A stretch of 64,000 nucleotides of DNA from Macrostomum lignano. Taxonomy: Eukaryota. The stretch covers positions 216 through 64,215 of the forward strand of contig NIVC01003650.1 in the NCBI GenBank assembly GCA_002269645.1. Reading direction: 5' to 3'. The translations under genes and the position numbers were made by a program. The notes below the pieces were generated by a model. The model made no database searches and was not told where the DNA came from. It saw nothing but the letters and a program-made list of their open reading frames with translations. This document shows, piece by piece, positions 12,794-25,800 of this stretch (positions are counted from its first letter, which is position 1; every line of letters starts with the position of its first letter).

Positions 12794-14445
12794 ATGGGAG
12801 AGACGCTGAAACCGCAGCAGCAGCAAACAACGCTGCGTCACTCGCTGACCGTGCCGACGGGCTTTCAAGCCTATCAGAAGCGGTATTCAACACCGAATCC
12901 TCGCCTGCAGGCGACCACCGAGGAGGTGCCGGTGCCGCTGATGAAAGCGGTCAGCTCCGTGCCGCACGAAGGCCTGTCGGCACGCAATCCCGTCTGGATG
13001 GAGGTTCAAACGGCCCTGATTGACGCGTTTAAGGGTCGTTCGAACCCCAACCTGGGTCATACAGCCCGCTTGGTCCGCCTGCTCAGCAAGACAGTTTCCA
13101 CTGGCCTGGTGTTTGACTACCTTGAGAAGAGTCTACTGAAAAAGGGCTTCAAGATTATCTGTAGAAGACTCGATTGCAGCTCGCAGGATCCCGAGGAGTT
13201 GCTCGAATCCATGGAGGCAGCTTGGCGCTTCTTCCACGATCAAGTGGTGACTGAGGTGAAGTGTATTCTCCAGCCCATGGGGCTGGATCTGCAGTTACTC
13301 GAACGAGCTCTCATGCTCGGCTTCCGAGACCAGGTAAGCAAGATACATTTTAAGTTACGTACACGTTTCCATGTTTCCTTGCCCCTGGCTTAAGGTAAGA
13401 ATTCCATGCAGCCTTAGCCGCTCTCAGCCAGTCAATTGCATGAGCCCGTTGTCAGAGTCGAAGTACATTTATAGTGTCCCGTCGTCAATGAGATTGACAG
13501 CTGTGAGAATGTACGCAGATGAGAGTCTGAGAGAGCTAGTGAGACTGAATTGAAGAAGAGTGACGTGGGTGACAATGTCGTATTATAGATTACAAAATAT
13601 AAGGTGTTAAAATAATAAATTAGAACGAAAGCCCATCAAATTCATAATACCAATTCAATATTCCCTAATTCCATGATTCCATAACTACAAAGCGTAGCTT
13701 TGAAATTTGATAAAATTGCCTGAATACACTTTCGTTGGCTGGTTAAACTATACGTCGACAATCGCATTTCAACGCACTAAAGGTTCTTCTACCAACGGGA
13801 CTTCACGGAATTCTGCGCTCCGAGGTAGCCTGCAGTCCAGTCTGCAGCCTGTCGCCCGGCCTCACCCGCATGCTGCTGGTGCTGCAGATGCATCGGGACT
13901 CGGAGCCGCCCAGCGAGAACGACGTCGCCCTCGAGCGTATCGTCGCCCTAACTGTCCGGCCCTACATTGGCTTCTTGGGCGTCTACAATGGCACCGAGGA
14001 GCCGGAGCGGCGAGCCAATCTGCCCGAGCTGGTGAGAACTCGACGCCGGCTCACCCGACGGGCTTTCGTCAGCCGCAGCTCCGTGTTCCGTCGGGCTGGC
14101 GGCGGGTCCTCAGACAGCTCGTCTGCACCGACCGAAGCTGCCGCCTTAGCCAGCGCCGCCGCTGTGTCCAACGGAGCAGTTGGTCCCGAAGCTGAGGGCA
14201 TCACCATCGTGTTGACCGACGAGTGCTGCATCGATGGCGATGACGATGATGGCGATGGCGATGACCAGGAGTCCGCTGATGAGGCCGACGACGATGCTGA
14301 GACGACGCCGTCTCTGGAAGTGACGGCGGAGGAGTCTGAAGAACACAAAGATAAGGGCACTGCTGACGAGGCCGCTCTGAGCAGGGAACGGTACCAGTCC
14401 GACCACTGCGCTGAGTCTGCTGGCGCCACAGTGATATTTGTGTGA
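12794..14445 (+). CDS. PRR5: PRR5/PRR5L (Protor, mTORC2 subunit; HbrB domain); exons 12794-13333 and 13783-14445, ~400 aa
   Basis: Motifs W..V..A.I..F, AWRFFHDQVV, LMLGFRDQ|VLL and RMLLVLQ...LERIVALTVRPYIGFLG match the recalled PRR5 QMLLVLQ...LETLVQKVVSPYLG. Phase-0 intron gtaagc...aag; acidic tail. Confidence 0.8.
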
Positions 14446-15079
14446 AACCATTGCATGGCTTCAGTAGGATAAGAAGCCAATTATTTGAACGCAAATAGAT
14501 TATTACCAGTAATAGATACACAAAGCTTTTTAGATACGAATATTCAACGATCAATTCGAGACAGGAAGTTCCAGATAGGGAAAATTTGCATATGAGGCGG
14601 CACCTTCACAACCTTTCGACACTCGCACGTCTGTGAATTCCAGTTTTTGAGGAAGGACTCATTAAAGTTGAATGTATACATGTGCAGTTTGTTAAGTTAG
14701 AATGCACATAAATTATAGCAGTGCGAAAGATTCAATTTAGAAAAATGAAAAAAATTAAAGTCGTAAAGTATCTCCGCTTTTCTCCCTTCGCTCCCTCTTT
14801 TCTCTTCTCTCCGCTCTTCTCGCTTCTCTCCTCACTCCCCTTTTCTCTCCTCTCTCCCCTCCTGATCTCTCCTCAGAACTCGAAAAATGTCAGTTTTTTA
14901 AAGTCATTCCTTTCGAAAGTGTGACAATTAAAGCCAATTTGAACAATCAGAGGGTGAGAAAGGGTTTGGGTTACAAGCAAGGTAAATCCAGAAATACTAA
15001 AATAATAGTACATTAATACCTTAAAACATTAATAAATAAATAAATAAATAATTAATACATTAATAGCATGGGTATTATT

Positions 15080-17045
15080 ATTATTGTGCCATAGACATTT
15101 GTGTCCTTGACAAAGTGGGACAAATAATACGAGTAGAAAGGGGGTGTGGGGGCGAAGCCCCCACCAAAAGCCATAGAAAAAACACGAAATAAGATTTTTA
15201 GCAGTACTAACTTACAGTACTTACGTACAGTACTAACTTAAGCAGAGAAGAGAAGAGATTAGACTTATCACACCACATACTGCATAAGGTTTGACTAAGA
15301 CAAACTAGATCTAGAAGCATGATCAACTATAGCGGTATCGCAGAGGGCGAGATAAGTGGATTGAATGCTGATGAATTGGAATTTGTAACTCATCAATCTG
15401 CTGGACGCAGTCATGAATCGGCTGTCTCACAATACGACGGACTTCCATTGGTCGACTCGAGACGCATCAACGAGTTCCTTCTGAACGTGACGGAGTTTCC
15501 TCAACTGAACGAGACGGACCTCCAGGAGATAACTAATCTGGAGAAGGCTGCCGTTGTACAATCAACAGAGAAGCAGACGGACGCCTACTCTGGAAGACTG
15601 AAGGCTTTTCTGGGTGAAAGAGGTCTTTCCACTGACATAGAGACTATGCCGTCGAGGTATTTATGCCAGTACCTGAGACTCTGGTTTTCTACTGTACGGA
15701 AAGCTGACGGCTCCGCCTACAGTTGCAGCACGCTAGTTTGCATGAGGGCTGCTATTCATCGTTTTCTGCTGGCCAAGCGGGGTCTGTCTCTGATTGGGAA
15801 TCCCGACTTCCTTGAACTAGAAAAAACCTTCAAGGCCGCTCTGACGTATTCACTTAAGCAGCCTACTTCCGTGGTTGACGGCGACGGTGGATACCGAGCT
15901 ATTGACGTCGTTGACTTGGCCAAGCTGTCTGCGTATTTCGACCGGACTGATCCTAAGAAGCTGCAACACGAGACGTTCTTCCTGATTGTGTATCACTTTG
16001 GATTCAGGGGACGTGAGTGGATTCGATCTCTGGACAAAATGATGTGGTTGTGAGGCGTCGCGATGGAAAAGTGGAATGTATCGACCTTGCGAAGGAAAAA
16101 AGGGAGAAGAACGTCTCGGCCAGAAGTGCAAGCACGAAGAAGGATATTGGTATATTCCCGGTGGCGGACGAAGCCAAGTGTCCTGTTCAGGCAGTGATGC
16201 TCTACCTGTCTAAACTGCCGGAGGAGAATTCGAGCCTGTTTCCTAAGCCTCGAGCGAAATGGACCGACAGGGAGTGGTACTGCAAGAAAGAAGTCATCGG
16301 CAAGAACACCCTGGCCGAGCTAATGAAAGAATCTAAAGCTGCCGGCCTTTCCTACATGTACACTAATCATTGCATCCGCTCGACAATGATCACGAACCTG
16401 TCGGAGCAAGGTTTCAATCCGGAGCAGATCCAGACCGTCTCCGGTCACAAGAAGGTTGAAAGCGTGCTTCGCTATACGAAACGAGTCTCGGTGGAACAGA
16501 AGCGCAGTCTGTCGAGTGCAATGACGTCCGGCTTGCATGGTCTGGAGGATGAAGTCCCACTGAAGCGCGCGGACTTGGATCTATCGCCTGCTTCTAGTGC
16601 GTCCAAGGGCGAGTCCACACCTACTGTGTCGAATGAGCGTCAGGGGGACCCGACTGTCGTGTTGGAAAAAAACGGCCTAAAGGTGTCCATCTTTATGTAG
16701 CAGGTAAGTGTAACTGCTGGATTGAATAAATTGACTCTATTGATTGAATTAAATTGACAATTGTTGTTTTGTTTTTGTTGCATTTATGTTCTAGTCTTCA
16801 CATGTTTCATGCTGAGTCGTTCTACAAATAAAGCGGTTGTGTAACTGTCTGCAAATTAGCGGGCAGTTAATGTCATTATCTGCCCGGGCGTTTAATGTCA
16901 TTAACTGCCCGCTAATTTGCATTAAAGTAAGGTTGACATAGACTGTTTGTTCGATATTTCTTTCCTGCAAGCGGGCTTTAATGTAGTCTATGGCATTAAA
17001 AGGCAAGAATAAGTGCCCAGCGGGCACAAAGGTCATGGTACAATG
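15080..17045 (+). mobile_element. Crypton-type tyrosine-recombinase transposon, copy A (near full length)
   Basis: Contains the YR ORF. Ends ATTGTGCCAT / ATGGTACAAT form a short imperfect inverted repeat. Both ends are reproduced in the mini element at 9941-10136. No TSD seen. Confidence 0.75.
15319..16700 (+). CDS. Tyrosine recombinase (Crypton/DUF3504-like), split by a -1 frameshift near 16033-16040
   Basis: Catalytic residues are present: HFGFRGRE (R), NHCIRST (HxxR), SGHKK (H), VLRY (Y). Adding one A to gacaaaatgat restores LDKNDVVV. Confidence 0.85.
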
Positions 17046-17957
17046 TAACGATATATACCGATTTTTTTCGGCAGCAATTGCGTAAGCTGAAGCCGCGTAG
17101 CGGCTGAAGCTTAGTAGAGCAATTGCTGCCGAAAAAAATCGGTACATGTCATTATTGTACCCTTTTGACTTCCCCTGTCTATGGCCCAGACATGTATAGT
17201 GCGGATGCTGAGTATGAAATGCGATTGTTGCCGGAATGCGCTTTGAAAGGGTTGTAGAGATAATCAATCGTCTATGGCAAATTTAGTTGCTCTCTAAATG
17301 AAAGGGTTGTAGAGATAATTAATCGTTTATGGCAAATTTAAAGGACAGTGAAGACAGCTAGCCTGGCTGCCATGAGTTAATTCTCAAGTTGATTTTGAGC
17401 TTGAATTAATTCTCCTATTCGGAGTGCAAATAGGAAAACTAGCTATGATTCGCTACGCAAACATTCCTGGCGGAGAAATATGTGGACTCTCCACGGACGA
17501 GTTGGCTTTTGTCACCCGAGAGTCGAGCACGCGCTACGTTCTGGAGATGGACAACCTGGATGCGTCGTCCAGTTCCAACGGGCTGCCTGAGCTAGGTAGC
17601 GAAGATCTGGAAATGTTGGACCGACTTGAGAGTGACTCAGTGCCGAAATCGACCGAGACGCAACGGAAGCTTCACGTGGCAAGGTTCCGACAGTTCCTCA
17701 ACGAGAAGGGGCTCTGCCAGGAGTTTGAGCGTGTTCCGGATCGATTTTTGAACGATTATCTGAGGCTTTTCTGAGGTTTGTTCTTAAGAACTTTTTGTGA
17801 CTATGAAACACTTTCGCCGTGTTGCTATTGTTGTTCCTTGTTTTGATAGCCAAATACATTCGTCTGAAATCCGGCAACAATCGAAAAAAGCCGACAAACA
17901 ATTAAATTGTTACCGCAAGTATGAATGCCGGAAACCATAGACAAAAGGGAACAATAA
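17041..17957 (+). mobile_element. Non-autonomous Crypton copy B (YR N-terminal ~110 aa, ORF 17446-17774)
   Basis: MIRYANIPGGEICGLSTDELAF is homologous to the copy A N-terminus. Subterminal inverted repeat TTATTGT.CCCTTTTG..GTCTATGG / CCATAGACAAAAGGGAACAATAA. Confidence 0.75.
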
Positions 17958-18059
17958 GATTTGTCACCATAATTGAGAATCTGTGGAACAAAGTTTAAAA
18001 CCGTGATAAAATCTAAAAGTAAAAAATGCTGTATAAAGTCATTTCAATCAAAGGGCGAT

Positions 18060-18995
18060 TGCAAAATCTATTCTCGCTGGTTCCTCGCTTTGCACATCGC
18101 CAGTAAGTAATACCTGCACAGTATTATGAAGATTTAGATCACACAACAAAGGCAAATCTATTACTGGATATTAGTCTGTGACCTGCACGCTTTGTGCCTT
18201 GCTGTACTTTGCTGTAAGCTTCCTCGAGCATTACAGACTGACGGCGCGGAACTTCAGCTGCTTCATTGAGGCTTTCAGTTGACAATTCAACCGCACCAAT
18301 CGATGTCTCCAGCTGGGAGCCGCGAGCAGCCGTGGCAGCAGCACCTGCACCAATCGATGTCTCCAGCTGGGAGCCGCTAGCAGCCGTGGCAGCAGCACCT
18401 GCACCAATCGATGTCTCCAGCTGGGAGCCGCGAGCAGCCGTGGCAGCAGCACCTGCACCAATCGATGTCTCCAGCTGGGAGCCGCTAGCAGCCGTGGCAG
18501 CAGCACCTGCACCAATCGATGTCTCCAGCTGGGAGCCGCTAGCAGCCGTGGCAGCAGCACCTGCACCAATCGATGTCTCCAGCTGGGAGCCGCTAGCAGC
18601 CGTGGCAGCAGCACCTGCACCAATCGATGTCTCCAGCTGGGAGCCGCTAGCAGCCGTGGCAGCAGCACCTGCACAAATCGATGGCTCTGCTATCTTTGGC
18701 ACCTGATTGGCACATAGCTGACACCACCAACTTATCTGTAGCTCGCCTAGGGTATATGTAAAATAAAAATTAAAAATAGCATGCATGTACATGTACATGT
18801 AAATCTGCTTCAATAATTGTTAGATCCATACCTTTCCGTATCTGAATGCACTGCTCTGATGAGTAATTCCTGTCTGACATTTTCGATGTTGCCATCCCCC
18901 GCATCCATCACAGTTGATATGGCATGCTGATGACTACTTACAACTTTTTCACACAGCTGTAGACATAAATCACTACTAGTTGGATCCATATACAT
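18060..18995 (-). other. Possible spliced minus-strand coding fragments (unassigned)
   Basis: Open frames flanked by plausible ag/gt sites. The phases between the 18830-18990 and 18190-18705 segments do not join cleanly. Confidence 0.25.
18292..18675. repeat. 54-bp GC-rich minisatellite, ~7 copies
   Basis: Unit gcaccaatcgatgtctccagctgggagccgctagcagccgtggcagcagcacct. Confidence 0.95.
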
Positions 18996-19434
18996 GTAGT
19001 CTGCAGAGTGCTGAGATTTAGTTTCGTAAAAATTCGTAGAAGTCAGCTATAGCATACGTGTTAGTTTAAATCGTCTTCAAATCTATAAGTCTGTACTTTG
19101 CGTGTGTACTATACAAGCTATAAGTTTTGCAAATATGTACATATATCTGCAAGGCTGGTCAAATTATAATCAATAAATTAAACTGCACTGTACATTTTGG
19201 CCTGAAATGAATTGCAGTTGCAGGAATTGAATTGAATTGAAGTTACGATGTACGTATAACTAATTCTCAGTCAGTCAGTAATGCAATACAATGTAAATAT
19301 GAATAGTATAAAAAATCTGTCAACTTTTCTCCCAAGTTTGGGCATTCGTTGCCACCTTGGCCAAACTGGTCCAATTAAAGGCGAAATGGTCCATGGCCAT
19401 GGTGTGATACAACTATTACATGTATCACACCATG

Positions 19435-19613
19435 CAGGGGCGTAGGGAGGGAGGGGATAGCCGAGAAGAGCCTGACAAAAACTTTTTTGTTGCCCTTTGT
19501 TGCTATACATGCTACCATGTGACTCTGTCATAGCACATTTACCTCGGTGTATCCCCCCGTAAAAAAATCACCTTGGTGTTCCCCCCCGTAGGAAATTCCT
19601 GGCTACGCCCCTG
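19435..19613. mobile_element. hAT-like MITE (CAGGGGCGTAG...CTACGCCCCTG)
   Basis: 11-bp TIR. tatcacac occurs right after the element and 4 bp before it. Confidence 0.65.
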
Positions 19614-20011
19614 TATCACACGTATTCAATTACAACGTTCGTCTCGGTTCAAAGGACTAGTGAGTCTTCAGTCTTCAGAAGATTACTTTAGTCGTCCTTG
19701 TCTCGGTCCTGTTGTTGCAGATAACAAAGTTTAGCTGCATGGATGTGCTCAACAAGTGCTACATTATTTATTAACTCGCTATCGGAAATGTCCAGAAACA
19801 GATTTTTTGTGTGCAGTAAAACAAGTCTCTAAGATTTTGTGTAGAAAGAAACAAATCAGAGAAAAAGCACGGCATTATTTTTTTATTAAAAAACTCATTT
19901 AAAATATGGTATTTTCGGGTGTCGGGTGAATTCAAGCACAGTAATGATATTTTATTAAAATTTTAATGCAAGGACGACTTAAGTAGACTAGGGACTAGGG
20001 CCTATACTTAA

Positions 20012-20272
20012 GGGCCTTTTCATATTGACTTGTTCTGGTTCCAGAACCAGAACCAATTTGTGAAGTATAACTTTTTGTCTCCATAACTAGAGGGAGATAC
20101 GTGCTATAAAGTTTTTATTATTGAATGACAATCACCAAAAAGAAAGTAAAAAATTGTACTAAGTGATGTTGTTAAGGCAGTCAAATATTAACAGAGTTAA
20201 ATAGTTATACTGCTGTTTTTCTTGGAATTCCGAACCGATTCTGGTTCTGGAATTGGTAATATGAAAAGGCCC
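20012..20272. mobile_element. PIF/Harbinger-type (Tourist-like) MITE nested in a CAAGGACGAC element
   Basis: 15-bp TIR GGGCCTTTTCATATT with a TAA TSD on both sides. Confidence 0.8.
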
Positions 20273-20856
20273 TAAGTCGTCCTTGATTTTATGTTGTACA
20301 CGCATGCAGCACAGCACGTCTTACAGTCTTACATATTATGATCCTTGTGTACCCCAATAACCATATACACAATCTACCCATTACCATTGATCAAGGCAGT
20401 GAGGTAGGCACATAGTCAAAGCTGTCTCTGGCAGACATATCAGGGTGAATTTTTACTGAGTTCTACCCCAGAATTATTTCTGAATTAATGCTTCGATCTG
20501 TAATTGGCTAAAAGCCTAAAACAGATAGCAGATAGGGCCTAGCCTAACAAATACCAAATAAAGTTACTAATTTATTGAATATAATTTGAGTTTGAGTTTT
20601 TTTAGCTTTATAGACTTGCTTTTAAGTTTTTGTCTCTATTCTTCTATGCCTTAGCCTGTCTATGCCTAGGCCTACTTTAATAAAACTTAAATAAATATTC
20701 TAACTCTTAACATTTAAAAATTGGAAGTGCTTATCCCCACACGCCACAGTCCTAGGCCTATGCCAATAATTCCAATTTTAGGCCTATTCACATAGATCTG
20801 TGTCAATAATTTTCAGCTTATCCACATAGCAGCTTATTGAAATAGCTGCCACCATC

Positions 20857-21318
20857 CCATAGTCGGGAAGGTGGCACAGTGTGCGCCGGAACTATTTTGA
20901 TGGCTTTTGAGCACTGTGCGCCGTGCGCCATGAAGAAAAGATTTTGTGCGCCGCAGCGCGCCATGATAAGGTAAGTCTAAGGTAAGGTAAGGTAAGGTAA
21001 GGTATTTATTCTACTGTAAGGAATTTACGGTAGACAAATTTGAATTTCATTTACGTATTTTATAACGTGATTTACATAATTTACGTAATTTACGTAATTT
21101 ACGTAATTTTATTTTATGAATTATGGAATTAGGCCTGACACTATATATTTTGCAAAGTATAACGAAGTGTAACTATATATTTTTTCAGCGCCATGCGCCA
21201 TGTGCGCCGCCAGAGCATTTCCAATTTTTCCTTGTACGCCGTGTGCGCCGTGTGTGCCAATAAAAGGGCCAATTTGTGCCGGAAAATTCACCAAAAACTG
21301 CCACCTTCCCAGCTATGG
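20857..21318. mobile_element. MITE with 20-bp TIR CCATAG..GGGAAGGTGGCA and 8-bp TSD (hAT/P-like); degenerate relative at 29894-30449
   Basis: TSD ccaccatc at 20849-20856 and 21319-21326. Confidence 0.8.
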
Positions 21319-22832
21319 CCACCATCAAGTCTATAGGCTGTGTCAATAACTCCAATTTTATTCATACAAATCTGTGTCAATAATTTTAGCTTACCCCTGT
21401 AACAGGTGTTATTCCTCTGTCTTTATGAACAATCCCACTATTGCCACCAAGTTGTTCCAGGTGTTTCCGTATGATACGAAATCCTGGACCGCTGTAACCA
21501 AGTTGTTACAGACCTTTTGGCTCTCTATAAGAATTTCACCGTTATGCCACCAAAGTTGTACTAGGTGTGTTTCCTGTGCACTGAGAATCCTACTAGATGC
21601 CACCAAAGTTGTAACAGGGGTGATTCTTTCTTCTTAATAATAATTTCACACTGTCACCAAAAGCTATCACAGGGCTAATTTACTAATCTCTTAAGTTGGT
21701 AGCTGCCACCAGGATTATCCTATTAATAAATTGTGAGTTTATCAATCTTAGAATAATCCGAGAAATGTTTCTTAGAATAGGTCTGGGTATTTAGTCTGAG
21801 TATTTAGTCTGAGTATTTAGTCTGAGTATTAGTCTTAGAAAAACTGTTAGCCCTGAAAGATTTTACTCTTCTGATTATTCTGGTAGCGTTCTATTATTCT
21901 GGTAGCGTTCTATCTAATAATGGCCTGAGCGGTATTTTGTCTTACTGGTATATGTATTTCATGTACTTTGCAAGTCCTTGGGCGTTACCGAGATCAGAGG
22001 GTCACAGCCTCCGGTTATTCTTACACATATTACTTCAGATCTACTTCGCAACTTCTTACTACTCAACACTTTCCTTCTTAGTAGTATATATGGTCCACAC
22101 TTCCGTCTACTTCACTCTTACTTCTTGAAAGGAATTAACACAGAAAACACTTCTTCAATTCTTATTTTCTCGGAACTCTTACTATTCGTTATAACTGTAT
22201 TATTAGTGAACCGCGATGCGCGAGGTTGGTCTCTCTTCCGCCGAAAACGCTTCTATTTATACTAAAATTTGCTACAGTTTTAAACAAAAATTCGTTAGTG
22301 CAAAATATTATAGAAAATACGAGTATTAAAACAAAATATGTTTCTTAGTTTTGGCGTGAATTCAAATTGACTAAATGGTGACTATTTTATAAAGAAATCG
22401 GGAGGGGCCCTGCACACCCCCATGGCTAAGATTGTGCAGTTGTTTAGTTTGTATAGTGATGTTAAATATTAACTAATATATTAGACCTAGTCTTTTTTTA
22501 TTATAAAGCATATGGCATAGGTGTAGCTTAAACAAAGTTATTACAATGTTTTTTGACTTTCCATTGAAAGTCACTATGTGAGTGTCATTTTAATATCTTG
22601 CTAACTCTTTATTAAAAATCAGTATTGTCATTATTATTGTCATTATTATTTTATTATTACATATCAAATTTTGGATTTTGCAAGTCTTGTTTGCCTCAAT
22701 CGTAGGCTTAAGCCTTAGGGTTGTTCAGTCATTCAAAGCAAAGCTGGTAGCTAAGCAAATATTTAAAATTAACCCTTTTTATTTAATGACAAAAAAGTTT
22801 TAACAAAGACCTCAAAGTACTTATACTATTTA

Positions 22833-25800
22833 CACGGTGCTTCCCACGTGGCAAAATGACTTAAAAAATTGCCCAAGAAAACGGTTACTAATGTTGCAAA
22901 CTAGGGTGCCTCAGCTGTCTAAAACATATTTTAAAAGAATCGTAAGTGCTTGTCTTGTCATGATATAGTAATTTTTATTCTAACGGCCTTTTCTATTAAG
23001 CAGAGCCAACTAAGAGCAATATATATTAAATTAACATTAAGCAGAAAAAATGTAAGAAAAAATTAATGCGAATTTAAACAAAATAAAGCTGAAATTTAGG
23101 CCACAAATTTTTAAGAAATAGTAGAAGAATAAGCAATACTAAATGAAATTCAACAAAGAACAAGTTAAGTTCGTACAGTAAAGACAAAAGGAATTTGAAA
23201 CTAAGCTACAAGTAAATTGTCAAATGTGAAAGCTGTTGTATGCAATGACAGCTGAGAGCAACGCGTCTGGGAATTTGCTGTGCTGCGTGGGCACAGCAAA
23301 TCTCTGCCAAGTTTGAGCGAAATCGCGGTGCACGCTCTCAAAGGATTGTTCGCTAAACAGGCCGAGTGCGCTACCAGTGGCGCTACAGAAGGTTCCTACG
23401 TGGTGCAGCAGCACGTGCACTTTCGGGAAAATTGGCAGACCAAGCAGCTCAAATGCAGTCTTGAACTGCAAAATGTGCTGCTGGAAATCTGCATGCAGCT
23501 GGGAACCGAAGCAGCTACTGACGACGGAATCTAAACGCATCAAACAAGAACCGTAGGGCTTCAGGTTCTGCGGCAGATACTCATGAAGCTCTGCAGATTT
23601 GCGAAGCAGAGTGCGGCAGGCGTTTCCCTCCATGCTGCCGCCACGGTATCCAACGCGCACAATGCTGCGGTCATGGGCCCACTGATACGCGCAGTCGTTG
23701 CCCCACGCCGAGTTCAATGCGTCGAAGATGCGATTCGTGATGCCAAGCATCAGATGCAGCTCCGGTGGAGGCAGAACGAACAGAATCTCGGCTTCATCGT
23801 CTGCCTGAAGCAGAGGGGCCTCAACGCAGTTGTAGAAATCCTTTGCACTGCTTCTCTCTTTGCCGCTGCTGGCGAAGTCCACGGCCATCTGTCGTATTCT
23901 TCCAACAGTTCTCATCGGGCCACAGGTGTTCAGTGGCACAGGAGCCTCGCAATAGCAGCATGGATGCCTGGATGCATGTGACTGGAGGCCACAGATGAGG
24001 TTCGCAACCTTCATGTCAGCTGCTACTGCATTCACCGTTACTCCTCCAAGGCTCAAATGCTGAAAGAGAACTTTGATGCTATTGTAGCACTCGCTCATGT
24101 CTGGCACAGCTGCTAGCAGCAACAGCTTTTTTACTCCAGAATCGGCAAACAGCTGGTCCTTTGTCGACTGACTTTCTTGGCTATCACCTCGATGCAGCAG
24201 GCTGGCACAAATTTTAAAAAATCCACCGCCTCCGTCAAGACCAAGCTTTACGTCGACATCCGTGTAGCCCCTCTCAGAAGCGACCTTCTCAATCAGGCCT
24301 TGCACATCACTGCAGATCACGGCGTTTTTTGCGGTAGCCACTTTGCTGTCGACTTCAAGCAGCTTGCTCACAAAAAAGTCTTTCAGATGCCGGCTTCTGG
24401 CAGTGAGGCTTGCACCCAAGTTCGACTGCACAGCCTTCCCTGAGCCGGCTCCTTTTCGCAAAATGCTGGCCGCTTGCAGAGTTTGCCGGTTGCTGAGATT
24501 TAATGCAACTTTCAGCCGAAGCATCGTGTTAGCTGTTGTTGGAGCCAGCTGTCGTGTGCTGCAGGCTGTGTTGGCCACAGTGACAGCTAGAGGTCTGCCT
24601 CCTTGCGCTCTTTTCAGTGCAACGGTGCTTGCCCCGGTGGCCTGCAGCTTGGCAGCAACTGTAGTGCTAGCGACTTGCTCTGCTGTTCCAGGGCTGATCA
24701 AGCTGCTCAGATTTGCTAGCCGGGTTGCTTTGTTGCAGCGATGCGGCTTGCCCTTGCCGATGGGCGAGTGGCAGCCAGAGCAGAGCCGCAAAGGAGCCTG
24801 GGCTGCATCTGCACTAGTTGAAGGACGGCCTCTGGCGCAGTTAAGTGTACCAGTTGCATAGGTGCTGTGTGGATCTGCATTTTTGCGCAGGTTGCTGCGG
24901 GCAATCTTGCAGATCTCGCATGGGCAGTTTGGTTGCGATCTTCGACTCACAGGAATGCTGCTCAGATCTGCTAGCATTTGCTCGTAGTTGAGTCTGGGCG
25001 GCAAAGGCCGAGGTGCTGGGCCTCCAAGCGAAGAAATAATTCGACGGCAGCCCTCGCAGACTCCAACAGGCAGAAGATGCCGCACAGACGAATAATTCGG
25101 AAGGACGTACTGCTCAACAGTTGTGATGTCATTCAGGCGGCGCTCAGCCTTTCGCAGACAAAGTAGACATACACTCTGCTGGCACTGGTCATGGGACTTC
25201 AAGCTGTTGGGCATTGCTTAATCAACTATCTTTTCTAGAAGATAGGTCGTAGAGTTTAGCTAGAATTCAGGAGTATGAGCTGATTTTCTTGACCTTTGTC
25301 ACACTAACAATATTTAACCCAATGCTTCTCTAACTCACCTTATCAACTCATTTTAAAGCCAATCCAATATACTAAAAATGAAAATCAATAAACTGAAAGT
25401 AAAATTTATTGATTAGGGCTAAAGCACTATGCAAGAGCACTCATTTAGAACCACTACTAGGATAGACGCAGTTGCACCTGGAGAGGTGAACATTGCACGA
25501 ATGTACTCCTGTTCACCCCACCCCTCTGACACTTTTCCAATATAAGCTCTTCATACAATTAGGGGCATATTGCGTGATTTGAGGCAGTGACTTGAGTTCA
25601 ACCACTCCCTCACTTTAAAATTATTGATTGTACTTGTCTCATAAATGATTAAACTTGAAGTTCTACACTTTACAATGTATTAAAGACACTTGAAATAGTA
25701 TAAGTGTTTAATTGGCTTTATCATGACAAGACAAGCACTTATGATTCTTTTAAAATATGTTTTAGACAGCTGAGGCACCCTAGTCTGCAACATTAGTAAC

